60,037 nt of DNA from Macrostomum lignano (taxonomy: Eukaryota), in contig NIVC01002549.1 in assembly GCA_002269645.1 (NCBI GenBank), positions 1 through 60,037 on the forward strand, read 5' to 3'. Position numbers and translations under genes: made by a program. The notes below the pieces were generated by a model. It worked only from the letters and a program-made list of their open reading frames with translations, was not told where the DNA came from and searched no databases. Of this stretch, positions 37,388-47,289 are shown one piece after another (positions within the stretch are counted from its first letter, which is position 1; every line of letters begins with the position of its first letter).

Positions 37388-39225
37388 TGAAATAGTTTGG
37401 GGTTTTCTCGGGGTGGCCTAGTAGGTCTTTGAATCCCACCGCTGCCACCAGTGAAGTACAGTGGGTTTTCTTCCCGGTTTAGGCCCTTGCGGATTACCTT
37501 ATGACTCGAGCCTCTTCAGTGGGAAGTTCTCTCAACTCTCAGTAGCGTAGGTAGTGCTGCCACCAGTTCCTTCAGGTCTCGGCCTTCGATGAGGTGAGCT
37601 TCCCGTCGGAACGAAATAAACAAGTCAACGAACTCAGCACAGCGTGCAGATTTGCAGATTAATGAACAAGGCGTCCTGATCAGCAGATCCCCGCCGGGCT
37701 CAGGGGTGGCTGGGAAGGCAGTGTTAGCCTCCCTTAGGCTTGGGCTTTAGTGGGGTCTCAGTCAGACCAGTACAAACGGATTCAGTACGCAAAGGGCACT
37801 TAGTTAGACACTGACGCACACGGGATCTTAGTGAATTCTCCGCAGTTAAGAAGCCAACTCCTTGACGGAAACAAGGGGAGAGGGGTCCTATTGTGACGTT
37901 GCTAGTTTGAGTGGTCCCGCAAAAGGGCCGTTGGACTATAGTTTCCCTTGTAATTTCTCATTTTAATTTCTCCAATAGTTTATTTTAACGTTTACTTATA
38001 GTAGCGTGCAAATAATCTGTATCAACTGCTAATTCACTGTGTATTTGGTAGGCCTTGCACCCGTCTGTGAATTTTGGCACGATCGATAATTTCAAGTTCT
38101 CTCGCCAGCCAATGAAGGCTCTCCGTGTTTACGCTACCCCCCTTTTGCGCTCTTTATTAGCACCCCCCGCCTGGCGGCGGGCCCCTCGCTCGCTTCTTCT
38201 GCCCCGTCTCCTCCGGCCTTCTGTCTGCCTCCTTATCTCTCGCCACGGCTCCTCTGTTGGGGCCAGCCTGTTTACACTGCCTGCCACTGTCTGCCACGGC
38301 TAACGCCAATCTCACCACTACGCATCTGCCACTGCTGTGCTCATCGCCGTTACTGACCACGTTGCATCGCCTTGCATCACTCGCCTACTACTCGACTACA
38401 ATTTCTAATTCACCTTCAATTCAAAACCATTGTTGCAGCCGCCAGTGTCCCAAAAGCACAATAAGTTCTGTATTAACATTAACCAAATTTGAATATTGAT
38501 CTCAACAATAAAACAACTACGGCAGTTACCTGCCTTGTATGCCAAGTGCTCCGCTACACAATCCGCTTATCAAGACTTGACTCGATTCATTTTGGGACTA
38601 CGACTTACGACAACTCTCGTAAAACGGCCCTTCTAAGGGTCATAGCCTCTACGCCAAAAACGTGACACTATTTATAGCCGGGAAACGCCCACGCACAAGA
38701 CCTCGTGACTTGTTCTATTTTTAGAACTGACGTCACTTGAGATCTCGAGGCAGGGTCTCAGTGCGCGCAAGACCTCGTGACTCGTTCTATTTTTAGAACT
38801 GACGTCACTTGAGGTCTCCGGCCAGAGTACACGCGGCTGTGACTCAGTTGCTATTTTTAGCAACATGAGTCACTCCTCTCCTTAGAGAAGGGAGGGGTCC
38901 GAAAGCACGTGATTCTCCCGGTAAACAGGGCCAACGAGTGCAGTAAACATGTTTACTGCACTTTAGGACTCGAAGAACGCAGAGTCTGTCATGTGACTTG
39001 CTCACATGACAGAGGAAAACGGGACGGGAACGAAACAGAGACAGCCCACAGCAGAGAAGCTGAGGGCTGAGAACAGAGACGCAGAAGGGCAGAACAGGCC
39101 AAGGGCAGCAACAGACGGGCCAAGGGGGGTGGGAAGCTGACCAGCGGCAGACAGCAACCCAGGGCGAGGGCGAGGGAGACTGCTGACAAAGTGGGACGCC
39201 TAACATCAACTAGCGGATCACTACA
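37388..39225 (-). repeat. 3' LTR of the Gypsy element, interrupted by a nested solo LTR
   Basis: Direct repeat of 46191-47233 once 37892-38671 is removed (1058 bp). On the minus strand it starts TGTAGTG after the PPT and ends CTATTTCA. Confidence 0.9.
37892..38667 (+). mobile_element. Solo LTR (family X, copy 2), 776 bp, nested in the Gypsy 3' LTR
   Basis: TGTGACG...CGTGACA termini and a 4-bp TSD CTAT (37888-91 / 38668-71). The empty site is intact in the other LTR (46690-46693). AATAAA at ~38507. Confidence 0.9.
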
Positions 39226-39796
39226 CTCTCCCCGTTCAAATGAAGAGGCGGAGTGAAAGCGAAGCGCGCTTTATTTAATAAACAAAATAGTGTTTATTAA
39301 ACACTGCTGTGCTCAATAAAATTATTGCTGCTGTGTAAATAAAATTATTACAAATGCCTGGCAAAAGGATGACAGTGTCACAAGGCATACCAATTATTAC
39401 ACGGCTGGGCCAAGGTCAGGATTGTGGCCCGAAATGGCAAAGCGCGAATAGCACCATGCAGTGGGTTGCCCACGCCAAGGCAGAGCCCTAGAAAATGATA
39501 AAATCGGAGGGGCTGGCAAGTCCCTCGGGCGTACGCAGAATCAGGACCTCAGTCCAACAGCGGTTCGGGGGCGCCGGCCCGGAAAATGGGCGCCTAAATA
39601 TACGGGATACTATAGACAGCCGGCAGAGCCCGTCACTGGGGAGAAGGAGGATGCAGAACTGCATCAGAGCAACAGCTCACGGGAAGATAAAAGAGTACGC
39701 ATTGCGGGGGCGCTGGCCCGCTATTGAGGGGCCACATAAAGTAGAGCAGGGAAAAATCAGAGGGTGCCTGTCAGCACCAAGTCCACAGAGTCAGAG

Positions 39797-42034
39797 TTAA
39801 TCGCTGCGTTGGGTTGATCGGTGCACGCAGATGCGGGCAGTGCGACTAACATACGTCTTGGCCCTAGGATTAATAATTAGCCTCTCAGGCTGTCTACGAT
39901 TCCTAGCCGGCCTACCGGCATCTACAGTTCCTACTGACGCTTCCACCGGAGTGGTGCATAGCGACGGCCCAGGGGTCTGGACCACACAAAAAGCAGCACT
40001 GGGGGCGGGAGCAGAAACGGGCGGAAAAGAAACAGCAGGCATAGACGCATCAAGAACAGGCTCATGCAAATGACATTCACCATACGGCACTGGCTCACGC
40101 CGAAGTGCACTTGCCTGGTTCGCTGGTGTCGTGACCGGTCCACCTCCTGGCTGCACCTCCGGGATCGCTAAAGGCCGGAAGCGCCATCGGAAGGCCGGCC
40201 TTGCGTCGTAGCCGTCATCATCGTCAGCATCGGCGTCGCCCGGGTCGTTCTCGGGGATCGGCGTCAGGGTCGCGGGTCCTGCGCCGTCGGGAACGTCAGG
40301 CGGTCGCCGACGCGTCCTTGGCTTGTCGACTTCAGGATCGGAAGTCCTCGTGTAGTCAGCGTCAGGCACGAGCAGAAGGTTCCGGCGATGGACGACTAGT
40401 TCGTCTCGTCTAGCTCTCGGGTTTGGCAGTCTCCGTCGAATCTTGTAGACGACCTCGCCCTTGGGCTCGACGACTTCGTACAGCGCTTTGCGAGGTCGAT
40501 GAAATTTCGCCGCCTCGTCCGGTTCAAGCACCGGATTGTTGAGGAAGACCAGATCACCGGGTTGAAGCTTCTTGGCGGCGGGCAGGTTCGAATAGTGCTC
40601 GTCTCGCAGTTGCTGGTGCAGATGCAGGCGCTCCTTGGCTAGCTCAGTCGCCTCGTCCAGGCGACGTTGGAAGTCCTTGACGTAGTCGGGCAGGTCGGCG
40701 TACTCGGGCAGCTTCTTCAGCGCGTTGTCGATCTGGAGTCGGAAGTCACGGCCGAACACCAGGTAGTGAGGCGTGAAGCCGGTCACCGGGTGCACGCTGG
40801 AGCGGAGAGCCATCAGACAGGCTGGGAGGAAGGTGTCCCAGTCGTTGTGGTTGCGCTCGAGCAGGCAGGTGAGGACACTCTTTAGCTGCTTGTTGAGGTT
40901 CTCGACTTGTCCATTGGAAGCTGGATTGTACGGTGTTGTTGTCGTATGCCGAAGGCCAAACAGGTCGCAGAACTTCTTGAAGGCCGAGCAGGTGAAGTTG
41001 GTGCCTTGGTCGGTGTGGATCCAGCATGGTACACCGAACTCAGGGATGAAGCGCTCCTGCAGAAGCTTGATGACTGTTTTGGCTTTCTGGTTTCTCATCG
41101 GGTAGGCGAATGGATACTTCGACGTCGCATCGCACAAGGTCAGGATGTAGCGGTTGCCGCTCTTGCTCTTCTGCGCGATTGGTCCTACTACATCACAGTG
41201 GATTCTACCCAGAACTTCGCAGACTGGGAAGCTCTGGACCGGAACTCTCTCTCGCCGTCGCGACTTACTTTCAAGGCATGTGCGGCACTTACTGATGAAG
41301 GTCTTGGTAGCACGGGCTAATCCGGGTCTCCAGAACCGTTCTCGTAGCTGCAGTAACGTCTTCGTCTCGCCGAGGTGTCCACACAGTGGCGAACTGTGGA
41401 GCTCCTGGAGCACCTGGGCGTCAAGGACCTCAGGCAGAACAACCTTTGGCGGCTGCTGGCCATCGGACAGGTCAATCAGCAGCAGGCCGTTGTCCTCCTG
41501 CAGGTTCTCGTAGTATCCGAGCAGATTCCGCTGCTCCTTCGTCAGGCGCAACCGGGAGTCGAACTCAGGCTTCGGGGCTTCGTCCTTGACCAGGTTGAGC
41601 ACGTAGCTGATGGCTCGGTCAGCGCGCTGGGCTTCAACGAACTGTTGGCGAGTCATCGGCAGCTTCAGAAAATCAGTGAGCACGGCGCGGCATGGCTGAG
41701 GGGTCATGACTCCCGCAGTCTCCGCTTTAGTGGCTCCAGGTCGATCACACGGCACCGCCTTGTCGGCGTCAGGATTAGGTCGCTCCGAGGGACTTTGTCT
41801 CACAACGTCGGCGTACGTCCGTTGATCTCGTCTTGAAGTTCTCTTCGTCGCTCTCTTGACAGAAAATTCCGCAGATAGAGCAGTGCACATGCCTCCACTG
41901 CCTAGCCCAGGCGACTCTTGGCTGTAGGGCGGGACGCAACACGTGAAGCACGCCTCGTCGCTGGCAGCCGTAGCCGTCGGCTCAGTCGTCGTCAAATTTG
42001 GGTGAGTCTTCTCCTGCACTGGGCGGTGTCGCAA
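39797..42034 (-). CDS. pol: Gypsy integrase portion of pol
   Basis: HHCC motif (HSSPLCGH...CRTC) and D,D35E core (IHCDVVGP...HTDQGTNF...GQVENLNK), with a C-terminal RPARNRRQPERL. It is in the same frame as PR-RT-RH beyond a single TAG at 42122-42124. Confidence 0.95.
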   Translation of the reverse strand: MRHRPVQEKTHPNLTTTEPTATAASDEACFTCCVPPYSQESPGLGSGGMCTALSAEFSVKRATKRTSRRDQRTYADVVRQSPSERPNPDADKAVPCDRPGATKAETAGVMTPQPCRAVLTDFLKLPMTRQQFVEAQRADRAISYVLNLVKDEAPKPEFDSRLRLTKEQRNLLGYYENLQEDNGLLLIDLSDGQQPPKVVLPEVLDAQVLQELHSSPLCGHLGETKTLLQLRERFWRPGLARATKTFISKCRTCLESKSRRRERVPVQSFPVCEVLGRIHCDVVGPIAQKSKSGNRYILTLCDATSKYPFAYPMRNQKAKTVIKLLQERFIPEFGVPCWIHTDQGTNFTCSAFKKFCDLFGLRHTTTTPYNPASNGQVENLNKQLKSVLTCLLERNHNDWDTFLPACLMALRSSVHPVTGFTPHYLVFGRDFRLQIDNALKKLPEYADLPDYVKDFQRRLDEATELAKERLHLHQQLRDEHYSNLPAAKKLQPGDLVFLNNPVLEPDEAAKFHRPRKALYEVVEPKGEVVYKIRRRLPNPRARRDELVVHRRNLLLVPDADYTRTSDPEVDKPRTRRRPPDVPDGAGPATLTPIPENDPGDADADDDDGYDARPAFRWRFRPLAIPEVQPGGGPVTTPANQASALRREPVPYGECHLHEPVLDASMPAVSFPPVSAPAPSAAFCVVQTPGPSLCTTPVEASVGTVDAGRPARNRRQPERLIINPRAKTYVSRTARICVHRSTQRSD

Positions 42035-42121
42035 AGGGGGACTCGACTTTCCGCACAGGCGATGAGCAGCTGTCTGTCGGCCCGGGGGCCAGAGCTTCGA
42101 CCTTGCAGCTGGCGCGAGATT

Positions 42122-45094
42122 CTAGCCCCTGTCAACATGGCGAGAGATCTCAGCGAAAGGCTCAGAGGGGTTGTACTTAAGTTGCTGTCCTGGAGTTGCG
42201 TGGCGGGCCGTCATCGGAAGGGCTGCTGGTGCGGTGGCCTTTGAATCTTGGTCCGTGGGCGTCTCCAGATTCCGAGACCGGAAGTCTTGGGCGTCGTCAA
42301 GGAGGTCTGCTTCAGCGGTGGCCTCGGGGACTTCGTCCAGATTGGTCTCCAGATAGCGGCAGGCGGCGTGGGCGTCGCGGCAGAGGGCTGTTGTCGCAGC
42401 GGCCTCTGGGTTGTCTTCCAGGCCGATCTCCAGGCGTTGACTGCATCGGTGGGCGTCGTGCTGGAAGGCTGCTGGTGCGGTGGCTTCCAGGTCTTCGTCC
42501 AGGTCAGTCTCGGCCTCCAAGTTGCGAGAATGGACAGTTTTCGGGAGGGCTGCTCCGGCAGTGGCCTCGGGAATCGCGTCCAAGTCCGGTTCCAGGTCAT
42601 GGTCGTCACCGGGTCGGGCTGCAGAACCGGGTTGCTCTAGCAGTCGGCCATGGTCGAAGAAGATCGGCGGGCCCTCCGGTCTTCTTGACAGGGCATCAGC
42701 GTTGGCGTGGTCCTTGCCTTTGCGGTGGTTGAGCTTGAAGCGGAACTCGCTTAGGCGTTCGATCCAGCGGCCTAAAATACCTGTGGCCTGAGTTTGGTTC
42801 AGTAACCACACTAAGGCCCGATGATCGGATCGAACTTCAAACTTCTTGCCGATTAAGTAATGACGGAAATGTCGCATAGCGTCCACAATTGCAAGCAGCT
42901 CTTTCTTCGTGACCGTGTAGCGCTTCTCAGGATCGCGAAGTTTACGGCTAAAGAATGCAATTGGACGTTCGACGCCGTCGGATTGCAGTTGTCCAAGACA
43001 AGCGCCTATTCGAATATCAGAGGCATCCGTGTCGAGGACAAACTTCACTGCAGGATCAGAATTAAACTCAGGCAGAGCGAGAACTTCAGTAGAACATAAT
43101 TTCTTCTTCAGAGTGTCGAACGCGTGCTGATGCTCGGGAGTCCAGTGCTGCCGCAGGCTGCCAATGTCCTTTCGCGTCAGGGCATGCAGCGGCGCAGCTA
43201 CTCCAGCGTAGCCGTCGACAAACTTGTGGTAGTAATTGGCGAGGCCTAGAAATTGTCTCAGTTGAGTAACGGACTGTGGCACGGGCCAATCATGGATCTG
43301 CGCAATCTTGTCCTCACAGGTCTTCAGGCCGTCGGGAGTCACGACGTGACCTAAATAATGCAGCTCCTTGAGGAACAAATGACACTTCTTCGGTTTCACT
43401 TTGAGGTTGGCTGCGATGATGCGCTGGAGTACAGTTCGCAAGTTATCCAGCTGTTCCTCGAAAGTCACTGAGTGCACCACAATGTCGTCCATGTAGCCAA
43501 GCGCAGTCTTTGGCGTCAGGCCGTTCAGGAGCTTATTGATGCAACGCTGAAAGCTGCCGGGACTATCGTGGAGACCCATCGGTAGAACGTTAAAACAGAA
43601 TTGGCCGCGATCGATTACTGAGAACGCCGTCAAGTGCTGGTCGCAGTCACGCAGCGGGATCTGCCAGAATTCTTGAGCAAGGTCCAAGCTGGAATACCAC
43701 TGAGCACCACGAAGCTTCGCGAAGGTTTCCTGGATGTGCGGCAGTGGATACGGGTGATACACACACCTGTCGTTGAGAGCTCTGAAGTCGTGGACTAGTC
43801 GGATGTTGCCGTCCTTCTTGGGCACGATGAGCATTGGCGAATTGTAGCTCGAGTAGGCAGGGCGAATGATGTGCTTCGCCAGCATCTCGTCTAGCAGGGC
43901 GTCGAGCTTGTCCTTCAGATGAGGCGGGATTCGGCGCGGTGGAAGCGCAACTGGTGTCCGGTCCTTCAGGATGATCTCATGGGTCACCAGATGAGTCAGG
44001 CCGGCGTCTAGCGAGTGCTTGGAGAAGGCCGCTTGACATTCGACTAGTAGATCTCGCACTCTTTGATGTTGTTCTTTGGACAATTCGCTGTTGATCTCGA
44101 CTTCATCTAGCCATGCTGAGCTGGACTTTTCAGAGTTCTTCGGGAGATGTCGCACTTCAGGTTCTGGCGTCTCGCTCAAGTACATCAGGTCGGCAGTTCG
44201 GAGTGGCGTCGCAACACCAACACGGATACCGGCTTGCAGAAACACTTCGCTGTCGGCGGTGTTGACGACCTCAATGTAGCCGCGACCTTCAGGCATCGTC
44301 ATCAGAGCAGGTGCTGCTTCCAGAGCGTTGCAGCTGGGATGCAGCCTCGACTTAACCAGCTCGACAATTGATGGCGATCCTCGATTCTCAGGGTGGCTGT
44401 CATCCAGTCTGACGGCAAGCAGCGCTGAACTTCTAGGCGGCAGGGTGCACTTCTCGGAGGTGTACACTCGGCAGTTCTGAAGCTCACGACGCGAATAGCG
44501 AACAGGGATGCACGTGCCATTGTTGAACTTCAACATTCCTTCAGCGAAGTCCAAGTTCTGGCAGTGCTCTCGCATAAACGATACGCCAAGCAAATTTTCA
44601 CAATCGGAGACCGTGACGAGGAATTCGGTGTCCGCGACGACATCACCGAACTCCACCGGGATGGTCACCTTACAAGCAAGAGAGAGCTGCGTCCAATCAT
44701 ACATAGTTACGCAATCGGGAATAGCATGCGATATAATACAACGAGGCATCCGACGTCTAATAGCGGCCCAGGTTGACGAACCGAGGAAGTTTTTCCGGCT
44801 GCCGCTGTCTAGCAAGAAAGGGACCTCTCGACTCGCAACTCGACCTGTGACGTACGGATCGGCCTCACGCGCATGGATTTTTTGATTCGGGGAGGTGTCC
44901 ACGAAACCTCCGCACTCAGCGTCGCTTACTGACGAGCGACTGTCGGACTGGGCATTGGCGCCTGCGCAGCCGACATCCTCTTCTTCTCGCGACCGTTCTG
45001 AATCTGCCAAGTAGCCTGGGCTTGGACCTCGTGGAGGGCGGTGCCGTTGTCGCTCTCCGCCTGGCCGCTTCCCTGGTTCTGGCGCATGGGGCAC
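42122..45094 (-). CDS. pol: Gypsy protease - reverse transcriptase - RNase H portion of pol
   Basis: Protease FLLDSGS; RT SSLDLAQEFWQIPL...LPMGL...YMDDIVV; RNase H LDTDAS...KELLAIV...SDHRAL...NADALSR. Confidence 0.97.
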   Translation of the reverse strand: MPHAPEPGKRPGGERQRHRPPRGPSPGYLADSERSREEEDVGCAGANAQSDSRSSVSDAECGGFVDTSPNQKIHAREADPYVTGRVASREVPFLLDSGSRKNFLGSSTWAAIRRRMPRCIISHAIPDCVTMYDWTQLSLACKVTIPVEFGDVVADTEFLVTVSDCENLLGVSFMREHCQNLDFAEGMLKFNNGTCIPVRYSRRELQNCRVYTSEKCTLPPRSSALLAVRLDDSHPENRGSPSIVELVKSRLHPSCNALEAAPALMTMPEGRGYIEVVNTADSEVFLQAGIRVGVATPLRTADLMYLSETPEPEVRHLPKNSEKSSSAWLDEVEINSELSKEQHQRVRDLLVECQAAFSKHSLDAGLTHLVTHEIILKDRTPVALPPRRIPPHLKDKLDALLDEMLAKHIIRPAYSSYNSPMLIVPKKDGNIRLVHDFRALNDRCVYHPYPLPHIQETFAKLRGAQWYSSLDLAQEFWQIPLRDCDQHLTAFSVIDRGQFCFNVLPMGLHDSPGSFQRCINKLLNGLTPKTALGYMDDIVVHSVTFEEQLDNLRTVLQRIIAANLKVKPKKCHLFLKELHYLGHVVTPDGLKTCEDKIAQIHDWPVPQSVTQLRQFLGLANYYHKFVDGYAGVAAPLHALTRKDIGSLRQHWTPEHQHAFDTLKKKLCSTEVLALPEFNSDPAVKFVLDTDASDIRIGACLGQLQSDGVERPIAFFSRKLRDPEKRYTVTKKELLAIVDAMRHFRHYLIGKKFEVRSDHRALVWLLNQTQATGILGRWIERLSEFRFKLNHRKGKDHANADALSRRPEGPPIFFDHGRLLEQPGSAARPGDDHDLEPDLDAIPEATAGAALPKTVHSRNLEAETDLDEDLEATAPAAFQHDAHRCSQRLEIGLEDNPEAAATTALCRDAHAACRYLETNLDEVPEATAEADLLDDAQDFRSRNLETPTDQDSKATAPAALPMTARHATPGQQLKYNPSEPFAEISRHVDRG

Positions 45095-46097
45095 TGGGTG
45101 TTGCGATGACCGGGCTGTCCGCAGCTATAGCAGATTATAGCTCTCTTTGGCGGGCTGGCTACCTGCTGTTGGTCACGTTGCACCAGGTGATCCAGCATTC
45201 GCTGCTGCTTCTCAATCAAGTCGGTTAGAGTCAGCAAGGCTTGGGCGGTGACGTCGGGTTTCGGGTCGCCGTCCTCCTCCCCGTCCAACATCCTAACCGG
45301 GGGTTGAGCGGATCGCTGTGCCAATTCTTTAGCGCCTTCTAGTCGTCGTAGTTCTCGAATCGCAGCTAGAAGATTGTTCGGGCGAACCCAGTACAGCCGT
45401 TCTCGCAAGTCTGGCGTTGTCCGGATACCAGCGAGAAATTGATCCGCAATCTCCTTCTCGCGGTCTTCAGGGTGCATCGAGGATACGCACGTTCACCCAG
45501 AGTTCTCAGGGCGTCAGCAAACTCTTCTGCTGACTCATTCTTGCCTTGTTGACGACGCCTCAACAGCTCTCTGTACTCATCAGCACCACCATGACGGGCA
45601 AATCGCTTAATCAGACGCTGCTTGACCTCCTCGTAGCTGGCGAAACGCGGAAGATTCATACTAAGCAAAGAAGGATATGCAGTAGCCAAATCAAGACTCG
45701 CGATGAGGTGTTGCTTCATCTCGAACGGGTCGACGATGCGCTCCATCTCGCAACGCTGCTCGAACGCGGCAAGCCAGACATGAATGTCCTGACTTGGAGT
45801 AAATTTCACAATTTTAACTTGTTTACTCACGGGCCGCTCCATCTGCTGCTGCAGAGCTGCCATCATGGTCCTCACGTCCTGGTGCATGATGTTCCGGCCG
45901 ATGTTGTCCAGGCCTTGCAGAAGCTCGTCTGGCGGGTCATCGGACACGTCGCTTCTGGCACCTCGCCTCGGCGTCGGCTGCTGACCAAAGTCGTTGATCG
46001 CTGCTGCTGCTGCGGCGTCCGCTGCCGCAGGCCTCGAACTGCTGATGTGCTGATCCAGCCTGCTGCTGCACCGGCTCTCGTCTCGTTCGTTGAACAT
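44926..46097 (-). CDS. gag: Gypsy gag (capsid-like region plus CCHC zinc knuckle), split by a 1-nt frameshift at ~45480
   Basis: WLAAFEQRC...LIKRF...QGKNESAEEFADALRTLGERAYP continues as EKEIADQFLAGI...CYSCGQPGHRNTQC. Pol lies in the -1 frame. Confidence 0.9.
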
Positions 46098-46167
46098 GTT
46101 GAACTCGTCGTAGTCGCTGGCCGATGTCGTTCTTGAAAGAGCGGGTTGGCTTGGGTGTGTCGTAGTC

Positions 46168-46189
46168 GGATCTCACCGCTGCGTCACCA
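46168..46189 (-). promoter_or_regulatory. Primer-binding site adjacent to the 5' LTR (degenerate tRNA-Leu type)
   Basis: TGGTGACGCAGCGGTGAGATCC begins 1 nt after the LTR end. A perfect tRNA-Leu PBS lies inside the LTR at 46233-46252. Confidence 0.75.
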
Positions 46190-46190
46190 G

Positions 46191-47233
46191 TGAAATAGTT
46201 TGGGTTTTCTCGGGGTGGCCTGGTAGGTCTTTGAATCCCACCGCTGCCACCAGTGAAGTACAGTGGGTTTTCTTCCCGGTTTAGGCCCTTGCGGATTACC
46301 TTATGACTCGAGCCTCTTCAGTGGGAAGTTCTCTCAACTCTCAGTAGCGTAGGTAGTGCTGCCACCAGTTCCTTCAGGTCTCGGCCTTCGATGAGGTGAG
46401 CTTCCCGTCGGAACGAAATAAACAAGTCAACGAACTCAGCACAGCGTGCAGATTTGCAGATTAATGAACAAGGCGTCCTGATCAGCAGATCCCCGCCGGG
46501 CTCAGGGGTGGCTGGGAAGGCAGTGTTAGCCTCCCTTAGGCTTGGGCTTTAGTGGGGTCTCAGCCAGACCAGTACAAACGGATTCAGTACGCAAAGGGCA
46601 CTTAGTTAGACACTGACGCACACGGGATCTTAGTGAATTCTCCGCAGATAAGAAGCCAACTCCTTGACGGAAACAAGGGGAGAGGGGTCCTATTTATAGC
46701 CGGGAAACACCCACGCACAAGACCTCGTGACTTGTTCTATTTTTAGAACTGACGTCACTTGAGATCTCGAGGCAGGGTCTCAGTGCGCGCAAGACCTCGT
46801 GACTCGTTCTATTTTTAGAACTGACGTCACTTGAGGTCTCCGGCAAGAGTACACGCGGCTGTGACTCAGTTGCTATTTTTAGCAACATGAGTCACTCCTC
46901 TCCTTAGAGAAGGGAGGGGTCCGAAAGCACGTGATTCTCCCGGTAAACAGGGCCAACGAGTGCAGTAAACATGTTTACTGCACTTTAGGACTCGAAGAAC
47001 GCAGAGTCTGTCATGTGACTTGCTCACATGACAGAGGAAAACGGGACGGGAACGAAACAGAGACAGCCCACAGCAGAGAAGCTGAGGGCTGAGAACAGAG
47101 ACGCAGAAGGGCAGAACAGGCCAAGGGCAGCAACAGACGGGCCAAGGGGGGTGGGAAGCTGACCAGCGGCAGACAGTAACCCAGGGCGAGGGCGAGGGAG
47201 ACTGCTGACAAAGTGGGACGCCTAACATCAACT
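46191..47233 (-). repeat. 5' LTR of the Gypsy element (15 bp truncated at the outer end)
   Basis: Direct repeat of the left LTR. Homology stops at ...catcaact|gcaaatt, where the left copy continues catcaactagcggatcactaca. Confidence 0.9.
46690..46895 (-). promoter_or_regulatory. LTR U3 promoter/enhancer: TATA (CTATAAATAG), 3 x CTATTTTTAG (MEF2 consensus), 2 x TGACGTCA (CRE), 2 x TGACTCA (AP-1)
   Basis: Exact motif matches at 46690, 46737, 46750, 46809, 46822, 46862, 46873 and 46888, repeated in the 3' LTR at 38668-38872. Function is inferred. Confidence 0.55.
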
Positions 47234-47289
47234 GCAAATTCATTTTTTAATCATTTAATATGCAAAACAAAAATTTTCTTGTAAAAAAA

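Larger units (their letters stand above)
37388..47233 (-). mobile_element. Near-full-length Ty3/Gypsy LTR retrotransposon (gag, PR-RT-RH, IN)
   Basis: Two ~1.05-kb LTRs with ~8 differences, a PBS at 46168-46189, a PPT-like GGGAGAG abutting TGTAG at 39225, and domain order PR-RT-RH-IN. No matching TSD, because the 5' LTR lacks its first 15 bp. Confidence 0.95.

Noticed and set aside
37431-37450. tRNA gene
   Set aside because: Only the 3'-terminal 20 nt including CCA match tRNA-Leu. This is a PBS copy with no cloverleaf or A box.
45067-45073. Programmed -1 gag-pol frameshift site (G GGA AGC on the minus strand)
   Set aside because: It is one mismatch from the canonical G GGA AAC, and 1-nt deletions are common in this assembly, so programmed shifting cannot be told from error.
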